Below, in pieces: positions 28,946-59,308 of a stretch of 64,000 nt of DNA. The stretch lies in the NCBI RefSeq assembly GCF_009914755.1, contig NC_060933.1. One strand, written 5' to 3'. Numbering within the stretch: the first letter of the stretch is position 1; every line of letters begins with the position of its first letter. The notes under the pieces were generated by a model. That model saw nothing but the letters and a program-made list of their open reading frames with translations, was not told where the DNA came from and ran no database searches. This DNA comes from the human T2T-CHM13v2.0 reference genome, Homo sapiens. Both the position numbers and the translations under genes were made by a program.

Positions 28946-29889
28946 TAGGGTTGTAACCTGATTGTATATCACTCCTCGCTGTTGTGTGTACATCCCATAC
29001 AGGGTCAGAGGTAAGATTCTGATTCGTTGACTGACTTTTGATGTACAGACTTAGCTGGGTATGTATAAAAAGTCTTCTGGCAATTTTGTGAACATTTATC
29101 TACTTTACATTGATTTTTTTATGCTGTGCATATATGGAAAAAGGAGTTCAAAATTCTCTTAAGTCACTTTTTAGAAGCACTTCTTCCATGAATAATCAAC
29201 AGAATCACAAAGGGATTTTTGTTTGTCTTAAACATATACTCCAGGCTCCCCATCACATATAATATGAATCCAAATCTCTAGCTTGAGAATCTATATGTTC
29301 AAGAAGCACTGCCTCTTTCATTGATTTTGCCAGGTTTAGAAATCACTGGGCTAGAGTGTGGTGCCTGGAAAAGAAAAAGTCACTGGATTTAATCTTCAAA
29401 AGCTATGTGTTATGTAGCCCTTGGACTTAAATAAAGCCTTTCTATTTACATATAATATATAAAAATAAATGTGCCTAGATAGCGATATCACTCATAACAA
29501 GCACCCAGATGAGGGACCAGAAAATGATCAAAAGCCCTTCTACATGGATGACTACTATACTGGTTTTTAATAGTGTAGATTAATTTTGCCACTTTTTTGT
29601 ACTTTATATGAATGGAATCATAAAGTATATATTCTTTTGTTTCTGGCTTTTTTCCTCCAACATTATGTTTTTGAAATTCATGCATATTGTATGAGAGCTT
29701 TGTATTGATGTGTAGTATTGTGTAAACATTCCACACTTATATTTATCCATTTATTATTGATGGGCATTTGAGTAGTGTCCAATTTTTGATTATTAACAAT
29801 AATGTTGCTATGAACATTCTTGTACACAGCAGGTTTTAATTAAGAGAACACTGAATGTGAATTCAGATTTAGATTTAGGTCCTGGTTCT

Positions 29890-33690
<3,801 letters not shown>

Positions 33691-33759
33691 AATTGTCCTT
33701 GATTAAAAAAAAAAGTGTTTTTGTTAACTTCATGGGGCTAAAGAAATGTTAAGATATAA

Positions 33760-34059
33760 TTTTCTTTTTTTCTTTTTTGAGATGGAGTCTCCCTCTTTCG
33801 CCCAGGCTGGAGTGCAGTGGTGCGATCTCGGCTCACTGCAACCACCGCCTCCCGGGTTCAAGCAATTCTCTGCCTCAGCCTCCCGAGTGGCTGGGATTAC
33901 AGGTGCCCACCACCACGCCCGGCTAATTTTCTTGTATTTTTAGTAGAGACGGGGTTTCACCATCTTGGCCAGGCGGATCTTGAACTCCTGACCTTGTGAT
34001 CCACCCGCCTCGGCCTCCCAAAGTGCTGGGATTACAGGCGTGAGCCACCGTGCCCGGCA
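33760..34059 (-). mobile_element. AluS
   Basis: Full Alu; TSD atgttaag(a/g)tataatttt. Confidence 0.9.
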
Positions 34060-34149
34060 TGTTAAGGTATAATTTTGTAACTGTTAAGATCCTTAGTTTT
34101 GCTCAGCTGTCTGGGGTTATTGATATTGGTCAGAAGTATTTTTGATTAT

Positions 34150-34672
34150 GTAGAGAAGAAAAAGTAGTATCTTTTACTCACCCATGCAAGGTTTACAACT
34201 GACAACCCTATAACAAAACACAGGTTAACAAGAGAAAACCATAACAAATTTATTTAACAAAGTTTTAGATGACATGGGAGCCTCCAGATATGAAGACGCA
34301 AAGAACCAGGGAAAACCGTATTTTTGTGTTAAGTCTGATGAAAGAAGTGGATAGTTGTGGAGAAATATGACTGGACAAAAGTATATGTTCCAATGTAATA
34401 AACTGAGTGGGAAACCCAGCAAGCCTGTTTGTTCAGTAGCATTTCTTTCTTCCAGGTGATAGATCACATGAGGGCCCCATGACCTACTTTCAGAGGTAGT
34501 AGGTCAGAGAGGCGACCTTTCTAGATTTTATATCTTGCTTTGGGGAGAAAGAAGGGTAGAAGACAGGAAGTCAGAGTAACCTTCCTTCTGAGGCCCTCCT
34601 GTCTTCTGCAAGTGAAAAATATTCAGCATACCAAGCCACCATAATTGGGGGTATTGTGTTCTGAGCCCCAGT
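34150..34672 (-). mobile_element. ERV1-type solo LTR (MER39/MER34-like)
   Basis: Motifs such as caggttaacaagagaaaa ... aaatttatt recalled from that LTR group; family uncertain. Confidence 0.5.
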
Positions 34673-34879
34673 AATTACCTTTGGTGTTTAATAATAGTTA
34701 CACGACTACCTGGAATTTAGGAATATAAGAATTGGAAGGCACTAGATATGAAAGTTCATGACTTTCATTTAACCATGAGGAAAGTGAAGTCCTGGAAAGA
34801 TGGGAAGTTACTTGCTCAGAGTCAAACAATTTCAACAGACATTCTACAGAGTAAGATAGAGAGATGACTATTAATCAGA

Positions 34880-36230
<1,351 letters not shown>

Positions 36231-36689
36231 AGTGTAAAAAGCCTAATGCAGTTATGAGATAATCCCATAACAATGGAGAGAACAGGGGGTGTGACAAGAG
36301 AGAAAATTTTGGAAGCTGGAAAGCAAATGGATGAGGAATAACTGAGTTAGAGAGATGTTAAAATCCTAAGTCAGGAGTGGGGAAAACCGAAAGAGAAATT
36401 CTTAGTCAAAAGGCTTATAAACTGGAAGCACCAGATACCATTGGAATTATGTATGGGAGTAGCAGTAGTGAGTAAAATAAGTAGGGTTAGATGAAAGCTG
36501 TTTGAGAGGCAGATAGGTCCTTAGATTTCCTTCCAAGAGCATGCTACTCTGGGATTACTTAAGAATTGCTAGTGGAAGTCAGGAGGTTTAATCCCTGGAG
36601 ATGGCGAAATAGAGTCTTTTGACTGGCAAAACCAGGAAGATTCTGAATGCTGAATATTGAGGAGCCATTCCTTCCAGCTTCCCTTTAAT

Positions 36690-37005
36690 TAATTAATTAA
36701 TTATTATTATTACTTTTAGAGACAGAGTATCACTTTGTTGCCCAGGCTGGAGGGCAGTGGTGTGGTCATAGCTCAGTGCAGCCTTGAACTCCTGGGCTTA
36801 AGCCATCCTCCCACCTCAGCCTCCTGAGTAGTTAGGACTATAGGTGTATGCCACCACACGTGACTAATTAAAAAAAATTTTTTTTTGTAGAGACTAGGTC
36901 TTGCCATGTTGACCAGGCTGGTGTCAAACCCTTGGCCACAATCAATCCTCCAAGCTTGGCCTCCCAAAATGCTGGGATTACACGTGTGAGCCACCATGCT
37001 CAGCC
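36690..37005 (-). mobile_element. AluJ
   Basis: Alu body; TSD ccagcttcc. Confidence 0.85.
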
Positions 37006-37107
37006 CCCAGCTTCCTTTATATATTGACTTCCCCAAAAGCTAACACCTGGATTTCTACACTCTATGCCGGATGTTGGAGGACTCTTTTGTGTATCACCTG
37101 ACCAAGC

Positions 37108-37463
37108 TGATATAGTTTGGCTCTGTGTCCCCTCCCAAATCTCATCTTGTAGCTGTCATAATTCCCATGTGTTATGGGAGGGACCCAGTGGGAGATGATT
37201 GCATCATTGGGGTGGGTCTTTCCCATGCTGTTCTTGTGATATGGGTCTCACGAGATCTGATGGTTTTAAAAATGGGAGTTTCTCTACACAAGCTCTCCTT
37301 TTGCCTGCTGCCATGCATGTAAGATATGACTTGCTTCTCCTTGCCTTCTGCCATGATTGTGAGGCTTCCCCAGCCATGTGAAACTGTAAGTCCAATAAAC
37401 CTCTTTCTTTTGTAAATTGCCCAGTCTCAGGTATGTCTTTATCCAAAAAAACAGACGAATACA
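37108..37463 (+). mobile_element. THE1 (MaLR) solo LTR
   Basis: tgatatagtttggctctgtgtcccc ... aataaacctctttc ... aataca. Confidence 0.9.
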
Positions 37464-37847
37464 AAGCCAGGAGGAAGAACCTAATGATACTGATGTTGGA
37501 GGTTTCCCAATAAATGAGCCATCCAGATCCTTCTCCAGCGAAGACTAAAGTTGTTAACGTCCACCTTGAAGCTCAGATTCTAGGTGGTGGGTATATTAGT
37601 GTATAAACTGTATTACATTTATAGTTTCTAACTTTTAATGAGAGTAGACAACCAAGAGTTACCAGATATATGAGGAAACCCTTTAAAATGGAGAGAAGAA
37701 ATCAACTTAGAAGAAACAGAGGCTCTGCAGGGAGAACATTTAAAAGAAGTAGCATTAATTTCCTCAGATCTGAAAGAATATATTTCATCTATGAAGTAAG
37801 AACCAGGTGTTATAAAAGATGAAATCTATTAGAAATTAAAAATATGA

Positions 37848-39606
<1,759 letters not shown>

Positions 39607-40644
39607 TAACAAATTAAAAATATGAAGGCAGAAATGAAAAATGTCCCTAGAAGCACTGGAAGATGAAGATGGAAGAAACCTCCCAGAAATTAGAATTAAA
39701 AAGACAGAGGTAGAAAAATAGGAGAGAAGAGATGAAAAAATTTGAGGACCAATTTGAATAATAGGGAATAGTGAAAGACGTAAGAGAGAAAACAGAAATG
39801 TATGATAAATCATCAATGAAAATAACTCAAGATAACATCTCAGAACTAAAGGACATGAATTACCAGATTGAAAGAGTCTATTGAATATTTACCGTTATGG
39901 AAAGAAGTAGACCTACTGCAGGCATAGCATTATGAAATTTCAGAAAAATAAAGACAGAGAAGATTCTAAAGCTTTCACGAGAAAAGAAAAATAGGTCAAA
40001 TGCAAAGGATCAGGAGTCAAAATGGCCTCAAACTACTTTCCTGCAATGCTGGATGAGAGACCATGGAAGAATGTCTTCTGGAGATGGCAGCTGAATGGGA
40101 GGGGGACTTTTAATGTATTTCCTTTTGTACCTTTTATACCTTTGTATTTTGAACATTTTGAATGTATGATTGATTCAAAATGCAAAGAAATATAATTTAG
40201 AAATACTGCTAATATAGCTGTGGCATCTTTTAACATGTGTTTTTATAAACATTTCCTCATTTTATCTTCACAAAAACTTAACTAGGGACATTCTTATTTC
40301 TAGTGAGAATCAGAGAATCAGGGAGGTTTAATAAGTGGCAGGTGATGGAGCCAGACCTGGAAGCATTTCCTTCTTTTCTAGGTGCTGAAACAGAGCAGCA
40401 GTGTTAGTGTGTTGATAGGTGTTGGTTATTGTTGAGGTAATCGGGTAGGAGGTGAGTTGCACCTAAATCTGGCAAAGTAAATAGTTACAGTTCTAAGGGT
40501 TGGGGTAGTGGTTTCCAGCCTCAGCTTTGTGACCCTTGTGTAAGATGTGTTACAACTAGTTTGTTGTCAATAGTCAAATATAAAAATTTGTAATCTACTC
40601 TTTTTAAAAACTTGCCCTATATATCACAGTCTTAAAAATAGATT

Positions 40645-40665
40645 TTTTTCTTCTTTCTTTCTTTC

Positions 40666-40722
<57 letters not shown>

Positions 40723-40900
40723 TTCTTTCTTTCTTTCTTTTTTCTTTCTTTCTTTCTCTCTTTCTTTTTCTTTCTTTTAAATCTGAGAGGAGGTCTCCCT
40801 ATGTTGTTCAGGCTGGTCTTGAACTCCTAGGCTCAAGTGATCCTCCCGCCTCAGCCTCCAGAGTAGCTGGGATTACAGGTGTGTACCACCACACTCAGCT
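40645..40900 (-). repeat. (TTTC)n tract adjoining an Alu monomer (40780-40900)
   Basis: About 130 nt of pyrimidine tetranucleotide repeat next to a FLAM-like sequence. Confidence 0.9.
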
Positions 40901-41211
40901 GGTTTGTTTTCTTGAATAGGACAAAAACCAATAGAGTTGCAGCTGGTGCTAGAAGTGCACCTAAACTTGGATATGCCTTCAGAAATATGTCACACTGTTT
41001 CATAGCAAAATCATCATTGTCTGAAGGGGAAGAAGAGATCGAAAATTATAGAATAGATTGATTTAGAGACTGTGAGCTTTTCAAGAATTTACCGGAATGG
41101 AAAGGTTTTCAAGAGTTTACTGTAATGGAAAGGTTAAATGTTTTATCCTAAGATCATGCTGTAAATGATGTCAACTCCAATGCCTAGGTTTTGGGGCTCC
41201 TTGTTATTTAA

Positions 41212-41448
<237 letters not shown>

Positions 41449-42067
41449 TAGTTTTTATAAAGGAATTTTCCGATATGTAATATTCACCGAGATGTGTTGT
41501 ACATTACTTGAAGTTATCCTGGATTTCCTTCCTTCCTTTTTCCTTCCTCCTTCCTTCCTCCCTCCCATTTTTTCTTTTTTAGGGGCATATTTGCTGGTCT
41601 CTTTTGGAGTATATTAATAGGTATACTTTTTGGGGTGAAAAACGGTTTGCGGTCGCTAATCAAAATGTTAAAAGCCAACAAAGCACTTATATGGGCATAT
41701 TGTAAGAAGCTAAGAATCTACAGCTCTTTTTGTCTAGCAATATGAACATTTGGAATTTTAGAAATATGGGCCCTGGATTTTGGTCTGAATATACAATAAA
41801 TATAGAAAAATATTTGTATGTTTGATATGAGCTTCATTATCTATGTAGAGCATGTTTTGTATAAACATGATATGTAACATATTTAACTTCTCCTAAAATT
41901 GTGAGCTATTTATTCCCTCATTTTTTGTTCTCTTTTTACTCCCTAAAGTAAAAGTGATATAAGGTTGAAGTTGCCAGTGACTTAAAAGGTAGATTTTGAG
42001 TTGTCTATATTTGCCATTTTTTTTGAAGTAACAGTTTAAATGAAAAAAAAAAAAAATTACATGACAA

Positions 42068-42265
42068 AGCCAGGTATGGTGGTGCAGGCCTGTAGTTCCA
42101 GCTAGTAGGGAGGTTGAGGTGGGAAGATCACTTGAGGCCAGGAGTTTGAGGCCACAGTATACCATGATTGGGCCTATGAATAGCCACTGTACTCCAGCCT
42201 GAGCAATATAGTGAGACCCTGTCTCCCCCCAAAAAAGCAAAAAAACAAAACAAAGAAAAAAAAAC
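42068..42265 (+). mobile_element. Alu monomer fragment (FRAM/AluJ-like)
   Basis: Degenerate Alu arm with A-rich tail. Confidence 0.75.
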
Positions 42266-42741
42266 GGTGATAAAAATGTTCTACCTTTACCATTGGTGTA
42301 AATGGCTTTTTTGAATTCTGGAAATGTGTCTTTACTAAAATTAATTACACAAAAGCATTTAAAAACTGTACAAGTTTTCGCACAGTCATTCCCAGATGTT
42401 GTCATTGTCAGCAAATTTACTTTTGATTTCTTCCACATCAGTAGTCATAGTTTGTTTCTTTTGTTTACTACTGTATTCTTAGACCCTGGAACAGTAGCTG
42501 GCATGCAGAAGGGCTCCATTAGTGTGTGAATGGGGGAGGTTTCGGTGGTAACTGATATTACAAGTCCTTGGATGGGCCTGTATAACCTTCCCCACATAAA
42601 ATGTTTTGGAGTTATGTGGAGAGGAGGGTGATGGTGGCAGTATTTCTTCAGCCAGTCAGCTTGCACCTGAAGGTAGAAGATTTTGATCTGATCTCAATTA
42701 GCTACTTAGGAGAATTGTGGTTTGATTTTAGGCTATTGGCT

Positions 42742-42951
42742 TTTTTTGTTTTTATTTTTATTTTTATTATTATTATACTTTAAGCTTTAGGGTACATGTG
42801 CACAATGTGCAGGTTAGTTACATATGTATACATGTGCCATGCTGGTGTGCTGCACCCATTAACTTGTCATTTAGCATTAGGTATATCTCCTAATGCTATC
42901 CCTCCCCACTCCCCCACCCCACAACAGTCCCCAGAGTGTGATGTTCCCCTT
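42742..42951 (-). mobile_element. Heavily 5'-truncated L1PA3-like 3'UTR
   Basis: ttatactttaag ... gtcatttagcattaggtatatctcc ... gttcccctt. Confidence 0.9.
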
Positions 42952-43872
42952 CACTAATCTGCACAGAGACCCTTGGGACAGTTTGGAGTTGAATCTGAGT
43001 CACTATTTAGCCCTTGGGGGAAAAAAAAGCCTCAAGGCTCTTTGTGAAAGCTTTCTTTCTATAAGTTAGGAGGGTAGTATTTGTTATACAGATCCATGCT
43101 ACCATTGTGTGGACATGAGAGGCTTTCTTTCTCTCGCATGTAAACTATAGACTTTTTCTTCTGTTAATGGGAACTTAATTTTAAACCCTATAGTTAGAAA
43201 ATTGGGCTTCTCAGCAAATTGCATTTTATGTTTTTAAGATACTAAACCGAATTAGATCTTGCAGTACACCTCAGAAAACCCAAAAGGAAAGCATTTTTTC
43301 AAGTATTGTTTATCTATAGAACTAGAAATTAAAGTCCATACTTAAATTTCTTGTTTTTTTGCTTTTCAAATTTTTAACATTCTAGAGTTTCCTTATCCTA
43401 ATTTGTTGCACAGAATTCTTTTCTTTGCCCCTTTTTCCCTTTTGGAAATACATTGCTCGTGTCAAATTTATATATAAATTATCAGGGATAATCCAAATGT
43501 TTTGATCACAGGTAGAGATTTCCATATTAAATGGAATCTACTTTGTTTATATCTATCATATGATATCATATATTGATATTTTGTTCAAACCTCTGAAGTT
43601 AACATTTTTCAGAAAAATTGGGTCAAATATATCCCTATATAATAAACAGGTATATACAGCCTGTTGCTTATATATACATATTATATATAGGTAATAGGTA
43701 AATATATGCCTATATAAACAAGGTATAATCTGTTGTTTAAATAAACATAGTTTCTCAGATCTACATTCTATTGATCAAATTATAGTTTTATTAATGATTT
43801 TAACATGAATTATGATGAGTTTTAACATCTATAGGTAAGGAGAGCCTCTTTGTACATTTAAACTGGGGATGA

Positions 43873-44064
<192 letters not shown>

Positions 44065-45034
44065 TAAAAATAATCAGTTCCTTAAATATATATTTTTAAT
44101 GCTTATGATATTCAAAATTACATTAGTGGGATAACTGACTCGCTCAAAGGGAAAATAATTTCTAGTTTTGATTCTGGAAGGCCACATTTCATTTGCTGTT
44201 ACATGACAATAGGGCAACTGTTACCAACAGATACCATTAGTGTTTAGAGTTCAGTGATTTCCATTGCATACCTTATGTGATTTTTAAGAAGGATGTATAT
44301 ATATTTGGTATTTTATTTTTCCAATTTAAAATTTGAGACTAATAGCTGTTTTGAATAGGACAAAGAAATAGAATAATAGGATTCTGGATGTTAAAGAATC
44401 CTTACAAATCATATAGTGTAGTAATTTTTGAACTCTTTTTAAGAAGTACAAATTCTTAATTATCCTCTATTCCTCCACCCCTGAAATACGCAGAATCCCC
44501 GAGGCTTCTATAGTCCAATTTGAAAATTACTGATTACATCTAATCCCCTTTATACATGAGCAGATGGAGATTTGGAAGTTACTGACTTAGGTTATAGACT
44601 GAATGATTAATCTGGGAAAAGGCTGCAGGTCTCTGAATTCTCACTCCAGTGTACTTTGCATTTTTTCAGGAGATTATATGTATTTATTTTGAAGGAGAGG
44701 TAGGAGAAACTCAAACTAGTGTGTTGTGTGTTTTAAAGGAAATTTGTGAAGGTAATCCTCTTTAAGAAAAAAACCCATGAATCAACTAACTTAAAACTTC
44801 AAATACATTTTCAGCACATCTTCTAGTTATTTTGTGATAACACAATGTGTTTTATGTATTTTTTCGACACAGAATGACAAATTGAAATAACCTTTCTATA
44901 GATGTCAAAGATATGCATTTTTCACAAGAATGAAAAATATCCACATATAATACATTTTGGAGTAATTATGTCTCACAAACAACTTTGTAACACAGAAGTT
45001 GACCAAAAATATGCAGAGAATAGAAGCCACTTAA

Positions 45035-51165
<6,131 letters not shown>

Positions 51166-52514
51166 AGCCACTTCATTTTTTTGAGAGTAAAAGCTGGTAG
51201 TGAACATTGGAAATTCTGAATTTGTTATATATGTCATTATTGAAAATACCAATGAAACCACAGCTTTTCCAAACCTTCAGTCTTTGTGCAGTGCTTTTCT
51301 TCCCATTACCTCTTCTGTAGAATCTGGAAGGACAGTACAACCACGCTTTAGACCTCTTGTATTCTGTTTGTAGTTTGTGTAGTTAATTAGTTCATTAGTT
51401 CATTTACTCGTTCATTCATTCTCTAAGTACTTACTGAGTTACTGCTCTGGATACTGAGGCTGTAAAACTGATTAAGACCTGGTTTCTGTCCTCGAAGATA
51501 TTTCAGCGCAGAGACATGTAAAGGGAGAAAATATTGTTTGATAAAATTTTAAATAAAATGCTGTAGTGCCACAGAAGAGAAGTTGATTAGCTGTCTGGGA
51601 GACTAAGGAAGACTTTGCAGAGCCTACAGGATATTTAAGTTGTTGATAAGTGTCTTAAAGGCTACTTGGAATAAACAAGCAAAATAAAGTAAATTAAAAT
51701 AGCTCTTTTATTTCTAAACACTCAGCCAGAGGTCTAAATTTATAAAATATAATTCAAAGGCCTGTGTATAAATATGTGGATGATGTGATTTTGGTCTCAT
51801 TTCCAGATCAGTCCTGTAAATCCTAAATGAAACATTGTGGTTATACCAAAGTTTATATGTGAAGTACTAAAAGAATTTAAAATTAGGCATCTGTCTTTCA
51901 TTATGAGGTGTACAGAAAAATGTGGGAATATGCTCCCTAGTTACTACGAACAGTAACTTGCTTTGCTGCTTTTGTAAGGTAAATTTTACTGTAATTTGTA
52001 ACTGGAATGTTTAGAACTCTGTTTCTCAATTTCTTGTCCTTTTTTTAATTAACAAAAGAAAATAGCTTTTCCTTTTATACATCAATCTTAAGAAACTGTT
52101 GTGACTTTATGTTAAAAAAAGTTTTTTAAAAACAACCTGAGGGATAGAGTGAAATTTTCTTCTCTGTTGGCTGTTGATGGGTTTAGTTTTACATACTATA
52201 ATTAGGTGTTAGTATCTCATAGTGTTCTCTTTGTGTAGCTCTCTAAGAGAATTCAGTTTTTTAAATAAGTTATTTTTAAACCTTCTCAGTGAAACCCCAT
52301 CTTTAATAGACAAAACTTGTTATAATATTTCTCTCATCTGGGCTTTAGAATTCAGACCCACCATAAAAAGAAAATCTCAATTTTATGCCATATTCTTTTT
52401 CTTTCTCGGAGATTGGAGCACTAAATAGAGGTGTCCTTCTCTGGAATATTAACATGAGTGAATTCTTATTGGTGTTACCCAAAAAGTTACCTCATTTTAA
52501 GATAGTGTTTCTCA

Positions 52515-53142
<628 letters not shown>

Positions 53143-54212
53143 TTATTTTAAGTTTTTGGGTACATATGCAGGATGTGCAGGTTAGTTACATAGGTACACA
53201 TGTGCCATGGTGGTTTGCTGCTCCTGTCAACCCATCACCTAGGTATTAAGCTCAGCTTGCATAGCTGTTTTTTCTAATGCTCTCCCTCCCTTCACTCCAC
53301 CCTTGACAGGCCCCAGTGTGTGTTGTTCCCCTCCCTGTGTCCATGTGTTCTCATTGTTCAGTTCCCACTTACAAGTGAGAACATGCGGTATTTCGTTTTC
53401 TGTCCCTGCATTAGTTTGCTGAGGATAATGGCTTCCAGCTCTATCCATGTCCCTGCAAAAGACATGATTTCATTCATTTATGGCTGCATAGTATTCTATG
53501 GTGTATATATACCACATTTTCTTTATCCAGCCTATCATCGATGGGCATTTGGGTTGATTCCATCTCTTTGCTATTGTGAATAGTGCTGCAATGAGCATAC
53601 ATGTGCATGTGTCTTTATAGTAGAATGATTTATATTCCTTTGGGTATATACCTATTAATGGGATTGCTGGGTCAAATGGTATTTCTGGTTCTAGATCTTT
53701 GAGGAATTGCCACACTGTCTTCCACAATGGTTGAAGTAATTTACATTCCCACCAACACTGTAAAAGCATTCCTCTTTCACTGCAACCTTGCCAGCATCTG
53801 TTGTTTCTTGGCTTTTTAATAATTGCCATTCTGACTGGCCTGAGATGGTATCTCATTGTGATTTTGACTTGCATTTCTCTGATGATCAGTGATGTTGAGC
53901 TTTTTTTCATGTTTGTTGGCTGCATGTATGTCTTTTTTTTTGAGAAGTGTCTGTTTATGTCCTTTGCCCACTTTTTGATGGTTTTTTTTTTTCTTGTAGA
54001 TTTGTTTAATTTCCTTGTAGATTCTGGATGTTAGACCTTTGTCAGATGGATAGATTGCAGAAATTTTCTCCCATTCTGTAGGTTGCCTGTTTGCTCTGAT
54101 GATAGTTTATTTTGCTGTGCAGAAGCTCTTAAGTTTTTAATTAGATCCCATTTGTCAATTTTTGCTTCTGTTGCAATTGCTTATGGTGAGTTTGTCATGA
54201 AATCTTTGCCCT
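53143..54212 (-). mobile_element. 5'-truncated older L1PA (PA8-PA11-like)
   Basis: 3'UTR plus ORF2 C-terminus (track 53470..53925). Confidence 0.9.
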
Positions 54213-54794
54213 GCCACAAGCTTTTCTATTGTGGGACAGGCAGTGATAAAGCTTTGTTTCTAAACTATCATGCCCCTCCTTTGTTATTTTTCCAGTTAAT
54301 TTCACGTATACTTTATCAGTGGGATTGAAAACATTTAGAAGATGAATATATATGTTTTCATTTTTATTTCATTTCCAAAATTCTATACCTCAACCAGGGA
54401 ATACAGTTATCCTTTCCTTATTCATCGACTAAATTTGGTGTATGTGTCTAGTGATTGAAGCATGGGGGAGTTTGTGACGGTATGGGAAGTGTAGCTTGAA
54501 AATAATTCCATGAACTATAGAAAGAGGAGGAAGAGTAGGGAGGCAGTGAAGAAAGTTATCAGACCACCCTTAGTAGGCATGGTCTGATAGGCCTTAAGAC
54601 AATCCAGGGATTGGGGTGCAACATATCAAAAGCTGACCCAGTAAGTATGATTGTGATGTAGTGACAACTCGGAGGAAGTTACGTGAAAAGAAAGTGTTTT
54701 TAGGAATATCCACGTAACAGAATAGTATGCAAATACACACAGAAATAAGATATGAACATCAACAGATGGATGCAAAATATTAGGAATATAATTT

Positions 54795-55716
<922 letters not shown>

Positions 55717-55807
55717 TCAATAATATTTTGCCTCCATCTTTTGATGTTCATACCTTATTCTTTTAGTATTTGCATGGCATTCTGTCATGTGGATTTTCCT
55801 AACATAC

Positions 55808-56122
55808 TGTAGCCTTTCCCTTACCTGTGGGGCATATGTTACATGACACCAGTGGATGCCTGAAACTGCAGATATGCTGTGTTTTTTTCTATACACACAC
55901 ATACCTATGATAACGTTTAATTTATAAATTAGGCGCAGTAAGAGATTAACGATGTAACTAATAATAGAACCATCATAACAAGATACTATAATAAAAGTAA
56001 TGTGAATGTGGTCTTTCTCCCACTCTAAATATCTTATTGTACTGTATTCACTTATTTTTGGACCTAGGTTGACTCAGGGTAACTGAAAGGGAAGATGAAA
56101 CCGCAGATAAGAGGGAATATTG
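55808..56122. mobile_element. Tigger-family MITE (MER44A-like)
   Basis: ccagtggatgcctgaaactgcagata ... tttaatttataaattagg ... gaaaccgcagataag, with degenerate TIRs and TA flanks. Confidence 0.75.
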
Positions 56123-57351
56123 TATTTCAGTAATCTCTTATTGATGCACATTTTATTTCTTTCAAAATTTTTAGCTCTAATTAATGATTCACTAACATTC
56201 TTGTCCATATCTTTGAGCAGTCATACAAATGATTCTTCGTGTAAATGCCTAGAAATATAATTGTTTCATTTTCAAGCTTATGGATTCACAATTATGATAA
56301 ATGTTATACAAAGCACCAGTTTATGCTCTATAGCAACAAACACTTTGTAATTGTAGAACTTTGCTAGCCTTGGGGACTTAGAGAGGAGGAACTTGTTCTG
56401 GGTCTTTCAGGAGATAATAATGTAATAGATTAAGGTTGTAGTTAGCTATATTGATATATTTTATAAGCTAGAAAAGAGGAGTACATTTAACTCTGATACT
56501 TTTCTAACTAGTGTAATTCTTCAGAATTGGAACGGAACTGTATTTTGGATTCTGAGAAATGTTGTTTATATGAGTATATATAAAGAATTATACTTTTTGG
56601 GCTACGTTTCTGGAAGATGTGGAAAGAAAGCAAGTTTATTTTCTAACAGCCAAATGTAGTTTCCTGTGATATTAAATGTCAGTTCAAAAACAAGCCTCAT
56701 TTTAAAATATTTTAAGTTCAACAGCCCCCTCTAGTGGAAAAAAGAAGAACTTCCCTCAATTTCCAGTGTCCTTAATATGATTTTATTTCACACACACAGA
56801 CACACATAATAAAGATGCAGGTAGCTTTTGGTGTGATTGGAAAATATGTTCTGTAACAAAAATTTTAAAGTTACATTTATTTGGGATGAAGGCAAGTTTT
56901 TCTGTAAATTGCATGAGGTATTTTTGTAGTTTTTTTGGATTTTCTTGAGTGTTACATTGCATCTCAGGATTGGATGATATTGATAAAGCCATAAACTTAA
57001 AGCAAATATTTGAACATACAACCCCCCCAGGGATTTATATATACTCAATGCCCAATATAACCCAGCAATACCATTAATGTAACAAATGCTACCTAGATCA
57101 TGTTAGTGTGTGTTATGTTTACTGGAACTGGAAACAAACAGTAAATTGTTATATCATTGAAGACAATTCTGAGTCACTTCCCCATCCTGCCACAACTTCA
57201 GCCCCAAAAGAATAACTGCCATTCTGAAGTTGGTGTTTAATTTTCTGTCTGTATACATTGACAGTATATTGTATTATTTTAGTATTTTTGTTTTAGGATA
57301 TATATTAGAATATCATACAGGATGCTTCTTTGTCAAACTTATATTTTTCAC

Positions 57352-57670
<319 letters not shown>

Positions 57671-57761
57671 TAAAGTTAATAAAATAGCTTCTGTTCATTC
57701 AGTTTAACTGCTGTATAATATTTTATCTTGTGCGTGTGCCATAATTTACTCATTACCTGAC

Positions 57762-58175
57762 TGCCTTGTCCATTTTCTGTTGTTTATAACAGAATATATG
57801 AAGCTGGTTAATTTATAAAGAAAAAGAATTTATTCTTGCAGTTCTGGAGGCTGAGACATCTAATGTCAAGGGACTGCATCTGACGATGGCCTTCTTGCTG
57901 ATGGGAACTCTGCAGAGGTCCAAGGCTGCACAGGGCATTGCATGCTGGTGGGCTGAGTGTGCCAGCTCAGGTCTCTCTTTCTCTTCTTGTAAAGCCACCA
58001 GTTCTACTGCCATGATAACCCATTAACCCATTAATCCATGATTGGATTAACCCATTCACAAGGGCAGAGCTGTCATGACCCAGTCCTCTCTTAAAGGCCC
58101 CACTTCTCAAAACTGTCACATGGGGGATTACATTTCAACATGAGTTTTGGAAGGGACACACATTCAAACCATAAC
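57762..58175 (-). mobile_element. MST-type MaLR solo LTR
   Basis: taatttataaagaaaaagaatttatt ... cagttctggaggctg ... ttcaaaccataaca. Confidence 0.85.
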
Positions 58176-58555
58176 ACTGACATTGAGATTTAAGTTCTTT
58201 GCAAGTTTAAATTATTACAGACAGTGATTCCATGAACATCACATCTTTTTATGTGGGTATGTATTTAGTGCGTATAAAATATGTGCCAAATTGTTCTCTT
58301 AAGTGGGTGTAACAATTTCAAAGAAGAGTTTCTCTTCCTTTACAGCCTCTTGGTATTTTTCAGATTTAATTTCTTTTGAAATAGGATATGTGTGAAATTG
58401 TATCTCATTCTTGCTTAAATTTCCACTTCCTTGACATTGACCATGTTACGTTTATTGGCCATTCACATTTCTTTTTTGTGAAGTGCCAGCTTATATTTTT
58501 TGCCTTTTTTCTTTTGGATTTTTGGGTATATTTTTATTGATTAATAGGAACTTTT

Positions 58556-59308
<753 letters not shown>

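Noticed and set aside
43620-43750. Degenerate repeat of about 70 bp in AT-rich sequence
   Set aside because: Low complexity; cannot be distinguished from slippage noise.
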